A stretch of 60,102 bases of DNA from Verrucomicrobiota bacterium (GTDB lineage Bacteria > Verrucomicrobiota > Verrucomicrobiia > Limisphaerales > JADLHS01), in assembly GCA_008933055.1 (NCBI GenBank), contig WBXK01000001.1, positions 1-60,102 of the forward strand. The letters are read 5' to 3'. The translations under genes were made by a program, and so were the position numbers. Below the pieces are notes generated by a model. That model ran no database searches and had not been told where the DNA came from. It saw only the letters and a program-made list of their open reading frames with translations. Below, piece after piece: positions 38,600-46,998 of the stretch (position 1 is its first letter; the number at the start of each line of letters is the position of its first letter).

Positions 38600-39030
38600 C
38601 AGGCTAATTTAACTTTTAACGGGCGGCATTTTTCTCAACTCTTTTGGTGGCTGTTCGAGGATGGTTCTGCAATTTCTACAATACCAAACCCAAAACCATA
38701 CTCCATGGGCAGCACGCCTAGGTTGATAGTCAGTCCCTGCTACACATAAGGATTGGGCGCGGGTTAGAGCGCTAAAAACCGCGACGCCGTTCACGTCTCA
38801 CTTCTGCGTGCGGCCCCTAAGCCTAGGTCATGCCGAAGCGTTGGCCAAGGTCGGAGCAAGCCCGGACGCCGCGCGGACCTTGGGCGAAAAACCCCTCGCC
38901 GCAGCGCCCGTTTCGCTAACGCCGCAAGGGAAATTGATGGTTTTAAGTGACGCCATATTCATGTCATGGTTGCATCGGCACGTATTGTTACTGCCCAATG
39001 AAACTTTTCCACCGCCATAGCAAAAGGCAT

Positions 39031-39070
39031 TTCGAAGCTTTTCAAGGTAAAGGCTATACGTTTGTATAGT
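39031..39070 (+). promoter_or_regulatory. Two overlapping sigma-70-like hexamer pairs ahead of the structured RNA candidate
   Basis: TTCGAA(39031-36)-N18-TATACG(39055-60) and TTCAAG(39041-46)-N18-TATAGT(39065-70). Sequence match only. The second would start transcription ~39077 and exclude the 5' strand of the outer helix. Confidence 0.3.
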
Positions 39071-39305
39071 GAGGAGAAATCTTGCGAAAAATAACTTTGA
39101 ACAGAAACACAGTTTCGTGCATCTTAGTCCTAGAGCAAGAGAGATTTCGCTGTTCGTTTAGGGTTGGCATAGAGGTTTTGCTCGCAATGCGGTGCGAACA
39201 GCGCCCTCCTAAGTTGGCCGCATTGCCCTTCTGAGCGCCTGAGTGAAGGCGTTAAAACCTCCTCACTACAGGGGCCGGACGCAAGTCCGGCCCTTTGTTT
39301 TTTAT
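39067..39305 (+). ncRNA. Candidate structured small RNA or cis-acting leader upstream of accA (family unknown)
   Basis: Three perfect 9-bp complementarities: 39068-76/39259-67, 39148-56/39195-203 and 39184-92/39218-26; the last two are interleaved. Also a 6-bp hairpin at 39235-40/39247-52 and a terminal intrinsic terminator. No ORF of note. Confidence 0.4.
39272..39305 (+). terminator. Rho-independent terminator
   Basis: GGGCCGGAC-GCAA-GTCCGGCCC (9-bp GC-rich stem, GNRA-type loop) followed by TTTGTTTTTTAT. Confidence 0.8.
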
Positions 39306-39369
39306 GCGACAAATCCTAAACTCACTTCCCCGTTGCTTCCACGTCACGCTCCCCTAAAATACCTGCCGC

Positions 39370-40416
39370 ATGAAACATCAGCTCGACTTCGAGAAGCCGA
39401 TCACCGAACTCCAGAAAAAACTCGAAGATTTACGCCAACATCCCGAAGCCCACTCTATGGCGGTGAGCTTCGAGGAGGAAATCATCCAGATCGAACGTAA
39501 GATTGATGAGACGCGGCGGCAGATTTACTCAAACCTCACGCCGTGGCAACGTGTCCAGCTTGCGCGCCATCCCAAACGTCCTTATACGCTTGATTATCTG
39601 ACCAACACATTCACCGAGTTTGAGGAACTGCATGGGGACAGGCTATTCGCTGATGATCGCGCTTTCGTGGGCGGTTTCGCCAAACTGGGCGATCAACGCG
39701 TCGTCGTCATTGGTACCCAGAAAGGACGAGACACGAAGGAAAACATCCTGCGTAACTTTGGCTCGGCGCATCCAGAAGGTTATCGAAAAGCACTTCGTTT
39801 GATGCGTATGGCGGATAAGTTTGGTTTGCCCATCATCACGCTGATCGACACGGCGGGAGCGTATCCAGGAATAGGCGCAGAGGAGAGACACATCGCGGAG
39901 GCCATCGCGGTGAATCTGCGGGAGATGACCATGATGGAAGTGCCGATCATCGCCACCGTCATCGGCGAAGGCGGTTCTGGAGGCGCACTCGGCATCGGCG
40001 TAGCGGATCGCGTTTTGATCTTGGAGAACTCGTATTACTCAGTCATCAGCCCGGAAGGTTGCGCGGCGATCCTTTGGAAAGACCGCACCGCCGCTGCCAA
40101 AGCCGCTGAAGCGCTCAAGATCACCGCCAAACATCTCCACGAACTCAAACTCGTGGATGAGATCATCCCTGAACCCCTCGGCGGTGCGCACACAAACCCA
40201 AAAGCAACGGCAGCCACCTTGAGAGCCGTGTTGATCGAGCATCTGAACGAACTGGCAGTCATGTCACCCGCCGAGCGGCTAAAGAAGCGGTACGAGAAGT
40301 TCCGTGCTCACGGCCATTTCCTAGAACGCGCTCCTACGCCCGCAGAAAAAGCGGCGATCAAAAAAGCATCGAAGAAAACCACTCAAGTCATCGCCACGTC
40401 ACCGGCCAAGGTTTGA
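39370..40416 (+). CDS. accA: Acetyl-CoA carboxylase carboxyltransferase alpha subunit
   Basis: LDFEKPITELQKKLEDL, ARHPKRPYTLDY, IITLIDTAGAYPGIGAEERHIAEAIA, SVISPEGCAAILWKD. Confidence 0.95.
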   Translation: MKHQLDFEKPITELQKKLEDLRQHPEAHSMAVSFEEEIIQIERKIDETRRQIYSNLTPWQRVQLARHPKRPYTLDYLTNTFTEFEELHGDRLFADDRAFVGGFAKLGDQRVVVIGTQKGRDTKENILRNFGSAHPEGYRKALRLMRMADKFGLPIITLIDTAGAYPGIGAEERHIAEAIAVNLREMTMMEVPIIATVIGEGGSGGALGIGVADRVLILENSYYSVISPEGCAAILWKDRTAAAKAAEALKITAKHLHELKLVDEIIPEPLGGAHTNPKATAATLRAVLIEHLNELAVMSPAERLKKRYEKFRAHGHFLERAPTPAEKAAIKKASKKTTQVIATSPAKV

Positions 40417-40422
40417 TCCCGC

Positions 40423-41403
40423 ATGTCCGCTCTTTATCCGCTGACGTTTCAACCCATCTTCAAAGAGCGCGTCTGGGGTGCACGCAATCTGGAGCGGCTA
40501 TATGGAAAAAAACTTCCTACCAGCGTGCCCATTGGTGAATCTTGGGAAATCTCTGATCGCCCCGGCGATGTAAGCGTCATCTCCAACGGACCGCTCGCAG
40601 GGAAAGATCTACACTGGCTCGTGGACAATCACCGCGCAGATTTGCTTGGCGATGCAAAACTTGAAGCCGGACGATTTCCACTGCTCATCAAACTTCTCGA
40701 CGCGCAGGAAAAACTCTCGCTCCAAGTTCATCCGCCCACGTCCAAGGCCGCAGAGTTGCGGGGCGATCCCAAGACAGAGATGTGGTTCATCGCGGATGCC
40801 GTGCCGGATGCAGAATTGTATATTGGATTAAAGCACGGCGTCACGCCCGCAGATTTTGAGCATCGCATCAGCGACGGCAGCGTAGCGGAATGTTTTCATC
40901 GCGCCAAAGTTCGTGCGGGCGATTCGATGTTTCTGCCAAGTGGGCGCGTTCATGCCATCGGTGCGGGACTAGTTATCTTCGAAATCCAACAGAACTCGGA
41001 TACGACTTATCGCGTTTTCGACTGGAATCGGGTCGGCCTCGACGGCAAACCACGCGAATTGCACGTCCCGCAATCCCTCGCGAGCATTGACTTCGTTGAT
41101 TTTGAGCCTGCGCTAATAAGCGCCTCAGAAATTTTTCATGCGAACTTCACGATACAGCAACTTGTCAATCATTCGCTTTTTTCCGTTGAAAAATACAACG
41201 TCAATCGCCGGGATGAGATTGTTATGCATGGCGGCAAGATGCACATCATCGGCGTCGTCAGCGGTGAAGTAAGGGTGGGTTGTGAGCAGAAAACAAATCC
41301 GGTTTTGCGCCCCGGAGATTTCTGCTTGATCCCCGCTGTTCTGCCAGCCACCGAATTGATTGCAGAAGCGGGCACTGCATTCCTTAGCGCTCGGGCTGAG
41401 TGA
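40423..41403 (+). CDS. manA: Class I mannose-6-phosphate isomerase
   Basis: YPLTFQPIFKERVWG, KLSLQVHP (Zn ligands), TEMWFI, GRVHAIGAGLVIFEIQQNSDTTYRVFDW. Confidence 0.85.
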   Translation: MSALYPLTFQPIFKERVWGARNLERLYGKKLPTSVPIGESWEISDRPGDVSVISNGPLAGKDLHWLVDNHRADLLGDAKLEAGRFPLLIKLLDAQEKLSLQVHPPTSKAAELRGDPKTEMWFIADAVPDAELYIGLKHGVTPADFEHRISDGSVAECFHRAKVRAGDSMFLPSGRVHAIGAGLVIFEIQQNSDTTYRVFDWNRVGLDGKPRELHVPQSLASIDFVDFEPALISASEIFHANFTIQQLVNHSLFSVEKYNVNRRDEIVMHGGKMHIIGVVSGEVRVGCEQKTNPVLRPGDFCLIPAVLPATELIAEAGTAFLSARAE

Positions 41404-41405
41404 AG

Positions 41406-42260
41406 TTATCTCGGTCTTGCCGTGAGCATCCGCTCGCGCTTCGTGTAGTCTTGGTGAACGGATTCCACCGCCCAGCGTTTCGCTGTGAAGATCGCGCTGA
41501 TGCCCTCGTACTGTCCTTCTCCAAACTCGACCATGAGTTTACCAGCGGGTTTTAGAAACGCTCCCGCTTGAGTCGCAAGCTGTCTGTAAAAGTCCAACCC
41601 ATCCGCGCCGCCGTCCAATGCACCGCGCGGATCATATTCGCGCACTTCCGTCTCCAACGTAGCGATCTCGCCACTCGCAATGTAGGGAGGATTGCTCACG
41701 ATAAGATTAAACTTGTCCGCGCCGTTCAGAGTCGTGAACCCATCTCCGCAACGGAACTCGATGCGATCAACGACTTGGTGAGTTAACGCATTTTGCCGCG
41801 CCACCGCAATCGCATCCGCCGAGAGATCCACAGCCACAATCCGCGTCGTGGAGCATTTGGCTGCGATGGCGATTGCGATGCAGCCACTGCCCGTGCCGAA
41901 GTCGAGGCAGGTGGAGGGTTGAGAGTCGAGGGTTGAGAGAAACTGCCAGCCGAGTTCGGCGAGCAACTCCGTCTCCGGGCGCGGGATGAGAACGCATTTG
42001 TTCACGAGCATTTCCAAGCCACAAAACGAGGTTGCGCCGATGATGTGTTGAAGCGGTTCGCGTTGAGAGCGACGCATCACGGATGCACGCAAGGCATCAA
42101 GTTCAGCTGGCGAAAGGACGCGCTCGAAGTTCAGGTAAAGCTTCATGCGCGGAAGCTTGAGTTGATGAGCGAGGAGCAACTCGGTCTGCAAACGCGGTGA
42201 GTCCAGGCCTTTCTTGGCGAGGAACTCGGAACTTTTCTTGATGACTTCCAGGACTGTCAC
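41406..42260 (-). CDS. prmC: Release-factor glutamine methyltransferase PrmC (HemK)
   Basis: REPLQHIIGATSFCGLEM, LDFGTGSGCIAIAIA, IVSNPPYI. GTG start. Confidence 0.92.
   Translation of the reverse strand: MTVLEVIKKSSEFLAKKGLDSPRLQTELLLAHQLKLPRMKLYLNFERVLSPAELDALRASVMRRSQREPLQHIIGATSFCGLEMLVNKCVLIPRPETELLAELGWQFLSTLDSQPSTCLDFGTGSGCIAIAIAAKCSTTRIVAVDLSADAIAVARQNALTHQVVDRIEFRCGDGFTTLNGADKFNLIVSNPPYIASGEIATLETEVREYDPRGALDGGADGLDFYRQLATQAGAFLKPAGKLMVEFGEGQYEGISAIFTAKRWAVESVHQDYTKRERMLTARPR
41911..41938. repeat. 2 x 14-nt tandem repeat inside prmC
   Basis: GTGGAGGGTTGAGA / GTCGAGGGTTGAGA (13/14 identical). It encodes STLDSQPST just ahead of the SAM-binding LDFGTGSG motif. Confidence 0.85.
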
Positions 42261-42399
42261 GCGCGCAGTCTAGGTGCGTCGGACGCAGTTCAAAGCCCAA
42301 AGTGCTAACGCGTGTTCATAAAAAACAGGAGCGCCGCTTATACGGCGCTCATGACCAACCCCTCCCAACATTACTCACGATGGCGCAAATTGATTTGCG

Positions 42400-42753
42400 C
42401 TACTCTGCCAGCGCGAGCAACTCGCTGGTCCGCTCGCGAATCAAGGCCTGCCGCCCGGCCACTCTCCGGGCTGCGAGCGCTTTTTCGGCGAAGAGCGCGG
42501 GCAACAGCAGCAGCGGGAACGGCGTGAGCCACACCAAGGCCACCGCGTCGTTGGCCGCGCGGCGTAAGAGGACGTTCGCCTCCAGATTTATGGTGCGCGC
42601 CAGTTCGGTGGCCAGGAGCTTGTCCCTCAGTCGATCCAGTTCCGTGTCCAACGCTCCGCGAAACAGCTCGGGCGTGGTCGTGGCGACGATGGGCGACGCG
42701 AACCGTTTGTTCTCCCCGAATTCCGCCGTTACCGTCTTGTTTCTTGTCTTCAT
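42400..42753 (-). CDS. Hypothetical 117-aa helical protein
   Basis: ATG preceded by GAAAGGAAATAGAG. No motif recognised. A 7-bp hairpin (GCGCAAA-TTGA-TTTGCGC, 42383-42400) abuts the stop. Confidence 0.4.
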   Translation of the reverse strand: MKTRNKTVTAEFGENKRFASPIVATTTPELFRGALDTELDRLRDKLLATELARTINLEANVLLRRAANDAVALVWLTPFPLLLLPALFAEKALAARRVAGRQALIRERTSELLALAE

Positions 42754-42803
42754 CTCTATTTCCTTTCTCAGAAAGATTTGGGTCGTATGTGTTCAAATAA
42801 AAA

Positions 42804-42835
42804 CCCCGCGATTGATTGGCAATCGCGGGGTTTTT
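42804..42835. terminator. Bidirectional-looking intrinsic terminator
   Basis: AAATAAAAA-CCCCGCGATT-GATTGGC-AATCGCGGGG-TTTTT: a 10-bp stem flanked by an A-run and a T-run. Confidence 0.7.
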
Positions 42836-43096
42836 GGAAAATTGTTTAAATCGTCTCTTAATTCTCTCCCACGATGCCAGTAAAACAGGAATGACGATGC
42901 CAAGTGGATACATATCCACCCATCGGCGTCATCGTAGTTTTGATGGCTGCGGTTTTCATATTCTCAGATTATCAGTAAATGATATTGCGGCGGCGTTGTC
43001 AAAGCTTCATTTCAAGACCAACTCTGCACGCTGCTCGAAACGGGACGAGAGAGGTTTGATTGCGAAGTAAATGAAAAACTCTTACCGAAGGAAAAT

Positions 43097-43181
43097 TGGT
43101 GCGCATGACAGGACTTGAACCTGTACACCTTTCGGCACTACCACCTCAAAGTAGCGTGTCTGCCAATTCCACCACATGCGC
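43097..43181 (-). tRNA. tRNA-Leu (anticodon GAG), CCA encoded
   Basis: Reverse complement is GCGCATG-TG-GTGGAATTGGCAGACAC-G-CTACT-TTGAGGT-GGTAG-TGCCGAAAGGTGT-ACAGGTTCAAGTCCTGT-CATGCGC-ACCA. 7-bp acceptor stem, anticodon loop UUGAGGU, long variable arm (class II), and T-arm GGTTCAAGTCC. Confidence 0.9.
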
Positions 43182-43317
43182 AACAAGCCCTCATAATGAA
43201 CCAAATCCCGACCGCCTAGCGCAAGGCAATTGTTCGGCGCAGTGTTTGAATCACTTTACCTCGCCCTGCTCGATAGAGAGCAATATGCAACGCTGTGGAA
43301 ACAATTTGCACCAACGC

Positions 43318-44217
43318 TCACGGGCTTATAAATCTGTAAAAACGGTTGATGGAAAGTGGCACAATGGTCACTTGATTCTGATCACTCACAATGATTGGCG
43401 CTATTGGCACTGTCACCCAGTTCTTCGCCTGTAGAATGGGAGTTTCTTGAAGCAGGAATCCGACAGCGTTGGCTGGCCAGGTCAGGACGATACAGCCGGG
43501 GAAGTTCGCAAGAATCTTCAACGAAGGCGGAGCGATAGCGAGTTAAGGGAAATAACCGTATTGCATGTGATCCGCCTCCAATCTTTGTTGTTGCTGATGT
43601 TTAGGATGATCTTCGAAACACCTGTGGAATTGGTCACGCCAAAGAAGGGGTCCTCAGTGGTCGCACCCGGACTGTTCACCTCAAACAGTCCGTTGCCGAA
43701 GTTTGTGGCGGTGACGGATCCCAAGAAGGCGTTTGTTGCGTCATACGCAGAGGGCGTGACGTTGCCGAGGCCAACCGCCCCGAAAAAAAACATTTCCGAT
43801 ATCAGTGCAGACCACGCCAACGTGCGTCGCCAGATGTCCACCTAATTCGGCGGCGTTTAAGGTGACGATCAGGTTAATATTGATATTTCCTGCAAGAAAT
43901 GAGTCCCCTGCGATTCCAGAGCCATCAATGACGGCGGCGTCTGTATCCGCTGAGTCGGCATAAATGCCTGGAACATTCACGAGCCAATCGCTGTTAAGAG
44001 AAATCTCAGGAGTGTTGATCACCCCATCTTCGCATGTCCCCAGATAAAAACACTCAAACCCTCCGATATCAAATGCGCTGTTCGTAAACGTCAGAGAGGG
44101 GGAATGCTCAACTAAAAAGGCCCCGGGAATCGCTGTCGGGAGGCTGAAGGCTGAGACACAGGCCAGTGCGATCCAAAAGCTGTAGATCCCGGGCCTGATT
44201 GCACCGAAAAATGACAA
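43318..44217 (-). pseudogene. Secreted protein gene with a C-terminal RFYR module, interrupted by two frameshifts
   Basis: Three abutting minus-strand ORFs in three frames (44217-43741, 43841-43518, 43521-43318). Removing one T from the T8 run (plus-strand A8, 43783-43790) joins ...CTDIGNVFF to GAVGLGNVTPSAYD.... A second shift must lie in 43522-43545. The last piece ends ...SINRFYRFISP. Confidence 0.6.
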
Positions 44218-44347
44218 TACTTAAACATAGTCAGAGTGTTCGTTGTTCAAGTCAAAAGGTTTGGACGCAGCAAACAACTCATTTGTTTCAGTTTGGAGAA
44301 AAGCTTTTCCAGATTCGCATCCACGGATAGCCTGCTCGCGCCAACCG

Positions 44348-44974
44348 ATGAGCACTCGAATCAAAATCTGCGGCATTACCTGCGTGGCCGACGGTGTCGC
44401 TGCTGCCGAAGCGGGCGCGGACATGATCGGGCTGATGTTTTATGAACGCAGCCCGCGCAATATCTCGATCGCCGCCGCTGCTGAGATCTCCCGCACATTG
44501 TCGCCCTTCATCCTGAAGGTCGGCGTTTTCGTGAATCCAGACGAGGACGCTGTCATGCGCGCCATCGGGGAGTGCGGCTTGACATTGCTGCAATTTCATG
44601 GCGAGGAGACGCCGGAGTTCTGCACGCAGTTCGGTGTGATGAGCATGAAGGCACTCCGCGTGCGCGATGCCGCATCGCTCGACGCGCTGCCGAACTACGC
44701 GACGGACGCGTATCTGCTAGATGCTTACTCACCGCATGCACACGGTGGCACAGGCGCGAAGTTCAACTGGGACTTAGCGATCGAAGCCAAGAAGCATGGG
44801 AAGCCGATCTTTCTCGCAGGCGGTTTGACTGCGAATAACATCGCTGAAGCGGTGCATAAGGTTCAGCCTTTCGGCGTAGATGTTTCCAGCGGTGTTGAAT
44901 CATCGCCTGGCAAAAAGGATGACGCCAAGGTGCGAGCATTCATTCAGGCAGTTCGTCAATCTTCTCATGACTGA
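44348..44974 (+). CDS. trpF: Phosphoribosylanthranilate isomerase
   Basis: MSTRIKICGITCVADGVAAAEAGADMIGLMFYERSPRNI, LQFHGEE, GGTGAKFNW, FLAGGL, GVDVSSGVE. Confidence 0.9.
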   Translation: MSTRIKICGITCVADGVAAAEAGADMIGLMFYERSPRNISIAAAAEISRTLSPFILKVGVFVNPDEDAVMRAIGECGLTLLQFHGEETPEFCTQFGVMSMKALRVRDAASLDALPNYATDAYLLDAYSPHAHGGTGAKFNWDLAIEAKKHGKPIFLAGGLTANNIAEAVHKVQPFGVDVSSGVESSPGKKDDAKVRAFIQAVRQSSHD

Positions 44975-45710
44975 AACTCTCGTCGTCAACGAAGTCTATT
45001 TAAGCTTGCAGGGCGAAAGCACTTTTGCCGGACTGCCCTGCGTCTTCGTGCGGCTGACCGCGTGCAATTTGCGCTGTTCCTATTGCGATACGGCGTATGC
45101 GTTCACGGAAGGAAAGAAGCGAGAACTCAGCGAGGTGCGCGCGGATGTTTTGCGCCTGGCGAAACCGTATTTCGACTCAAGACTCAAGCCCCAAGAACCT
45201 AGGCTTCCATTAGTGGAATTAACGGGCGGCGAACCGCTGCTCCAACCCAACGCGCTCGTACTAATGAAACGGCTTTGCGATGACGGTTTCACCGTGCTCG
45301 TGGAGACCAGCGGCGCGCTAGACATCTCGAAGCTTGATCCACGCGTGCGCCGCATCATGGATTTGAAATGCCCGGGGAGCGGCGAGGTGGCGCGCAATCG
45401 CTTCGAGAACATCCCGCATCTTAAAGCCGCGGACGAAATCAAGTTCGTCGTCGGCACGGTAGAAGATTATGAATGGGCCAAGCAACAGATTGCCACGCAC
45501 AAGCTCGACACAATTTGCCGACTGCTGATGTCGTGGGTGCATCCGCTGCGCCCCGAGCAACAAGACAAGTCGCTCAAGCGTGTGCCGGACGGATTGACGC
45601 CTATCACGCGGAAAGATTTGGTTGAGAGGATCGTAGCCGACGCTTTGCCGGTGCGGTTCCAAGCGCAGTTGCACAAGATCATATGGCCGCCGGAACAACG
45701 AGGAGTTTGA
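44967..45710 (+). CDS. queE: 7-carboxy-7-deazaguanine synthase QueE (radical SAM)
   Basis: VNEVYLSLQGESTFAGLPCVFVRLTACNLRCSYCDT and LTGGEPLLQ. The start overlaps the trpF stop by 8 nt. Confidence 0.9.
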   Translation: MTETLVVNEVYLSLQGESTFAGLPCVFVRLTACNLRCSYCDTAYAFTEGKKRELSEVRADVLRLAKPYFDSRLKPQEPRLPLVELTGGEPLLQPNALVLMKRLCDDGFTVLVETSGALDISKLDPRVRRIMDLKCPGSGEVARNRFENIPHLKAADEIKFVVGTVEDYEWAKQQIATHKLDTICRLLMSWVHPLRPEQQDKSLKRVPDGLTPITRKDLVERIVADALPVRFQAQLHKIIWPPEQRGV

Positions 45711-45711
45711 T

Positions 45712-46998
45712 ATGAACACAAAGCAAACCCTCGACCTGCTTCGCGACTACGAATCTCGCAACGTGCTATTTACGGAGTTGGATGGATCGTGGCCGATTGT
45801 TTGGCAACGCGCCAAAGGTGTTCACGTCTGGGATGCCGAAGGCGCAAAGTATCTCGACCTGACAGCAGCATTTGGCGTCGCCACCGCAGGTCATGCCAAT
45901 CCCGCCGTGGTGCACGCAGGGCAAATGCAGATGGCTACCTTGCTCCACGCCATGGGTGATGTGCATCCGCACGCGCTCAAGGCTCAACTAGCGCGGGAGT
46001 TGAGCCGACTCACATTCGAGCGATGGCATCACCAGACGGGTAAAGTGATCTTCAATAACTCCGGCTTTGAAGCTGTAGAGGCCGCCTTGAAAACAGCGAT
46101 CCTCGCGACAGGTCAACGCGGGGTAATCGCTTTTGAGGGAGCGTATCACGGGCTGGGCTATGGTGCGTTGAACGCCACTCACCGAGAACACTTTCGCGGG
46201 CCGTTCCGCTCGCAACTGCGAGAGTTCGGAAAATTTCTGCCGTTCCCAAAAACTGATGCCGAGCTCCGCCTACTTGCGGCGGCAGCATCAAAACTTTTCA
46301 GCCGGGAGAAAATCGGCGCGATCATTGTCGAACCTATTCAGGCACGAGGGGGCATCAACATTCCGCCTGCCGGTTTCTTGCGATTGTTGCGCAATCTTTG
46401 CGACCGACACGGGGCGCTGCTGATCCTCGATGAAATCTACACGGGCTTTGGTCGCACGGGGAAATGGCTCGCCTGCGAACACAGCGGCGTAGTTCCCGAT
46501 TTGATCTGTCTCGGCAAGGCACTGACGGGTGGCTTTCCGCTCTCGGCGTGCGTCGGGCGCGCGGATCTGATGGATGCGGCATGGCCCGCATCACAAGGCG
46601 AGGCAATCCACACCAGCACGTATCTCGGCCATCCCGTTGGTTGCGCAATGGCATTGGCGCAGATCGCAGAGATCCAGCGACTCAAACTGTGCAAACGCAG
46701 CGCGAAGCTTGGCGAGCGGTTGCTCGAGATGCTTTCCATCCTCCATCCTCCATCCTCCATCCTCATGCGCTCCCGTGGGGTTGGACTCATGGCAGGATTG
46801 GAATTACTCAATACTGACGCAACACCCGCCACCGCAGAATCCTTGCAGGTCATCAAAGCTATGCTGCATCGCGGCTACATCCTGTTGCCGGAAGGCGAAC
46901 ACGGAAACATCATCAGTTTCACGCCGCCGCTGACGATAACCGAAGAGCAACTCACACGTATGGTGAATGAGCTGCAAAAGGTGCTTGCAAACGCATGA
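45712..46998 (+). CDS. Class-III (acetylornithine/GABA-type) PLP aminotransferase
   Basis: VWDAEGAKYLDL, FNNSGFEAVEAALK, LILDEIYTGFGRTGKWLACEH, PDLICLGKALTGGFPLSA. Confidence 0.88.
   Translation: MNTKQTLDLLRDYESRNVLFTELDGSWPIVWQRAKGVHVWDAEGAKYLDLTAAFGVATAGHANPAVVHAGQMQMATLLHAMGDVHPHALKAQLARELSRLTFERWHHQTGKVIFNNSGFEAVEAALKTAILATGQRGVIAFEGAYHGLGYGALNATHREHFRGPFRSQLREFGKFLPFPKTDAELRLLAAAASKLFSREKIGAIIVEPIQARGGINIPPAGFLRLLRNLCDRHGALLILDEIYTGFGRTGKWLACEHSGVVPDLICLGKALTGGFPLSACVGRADLMDAAWPASQGEAIHTSTYLGHPVGCAMALAQIAEIQRLKLCKRSAKLGERLLEMLSILHPPSSILMRSRGVGLMAGLELLNTDATPATAESLQVIKAMLHRGYILLPEGEHGNIISFTPPLTITEEQLTRMVNELQKVLANA
46735..46762. repeat. Heptanucleotide microsatellite (TCCATCC)x4 inside the aminotransferase gene
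   Basis: Four perfect head-to-tail copies at 46735-41, 46742-48, 46749-55 and 46756-62, translated SILHPPSSIL. Confidence 0.95.

Noticed and set aside
38840-38900. GTCCGGGC motif on the minus strand, reminiscent of the RNase P RNA P4 region
   Set aside because: The invariant context GAGGAAAGUCCGGGC is not present (here GGCGUCCGGGCUUGC). None of the other conserved RNase P blocks are nearby.
38600-39030. GC-rich spacer after ruvB with short ORFs (38609..38794 minus, 38808..39020 plus) and local 8-bp and 6-bp stems
   Set aside because: There are no recognisable protein motifs, start contexts or RNA family signatures. The stems (CCAAGGTC/GACCTTGG, GCGAAA/TTTCGC) are individually weak. The region is left unannotated rather than called.
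42302-42919. Long ORFs 42302..42883 (+) and 42371..42919 (-)
   Set aside because: Both read straight through the strong terminator hairpin at 42804-42835 and overlap the better-supported 117-aa ORF. Their compositions (Arg/Ala/Ser-rich) look like off-frame translation.
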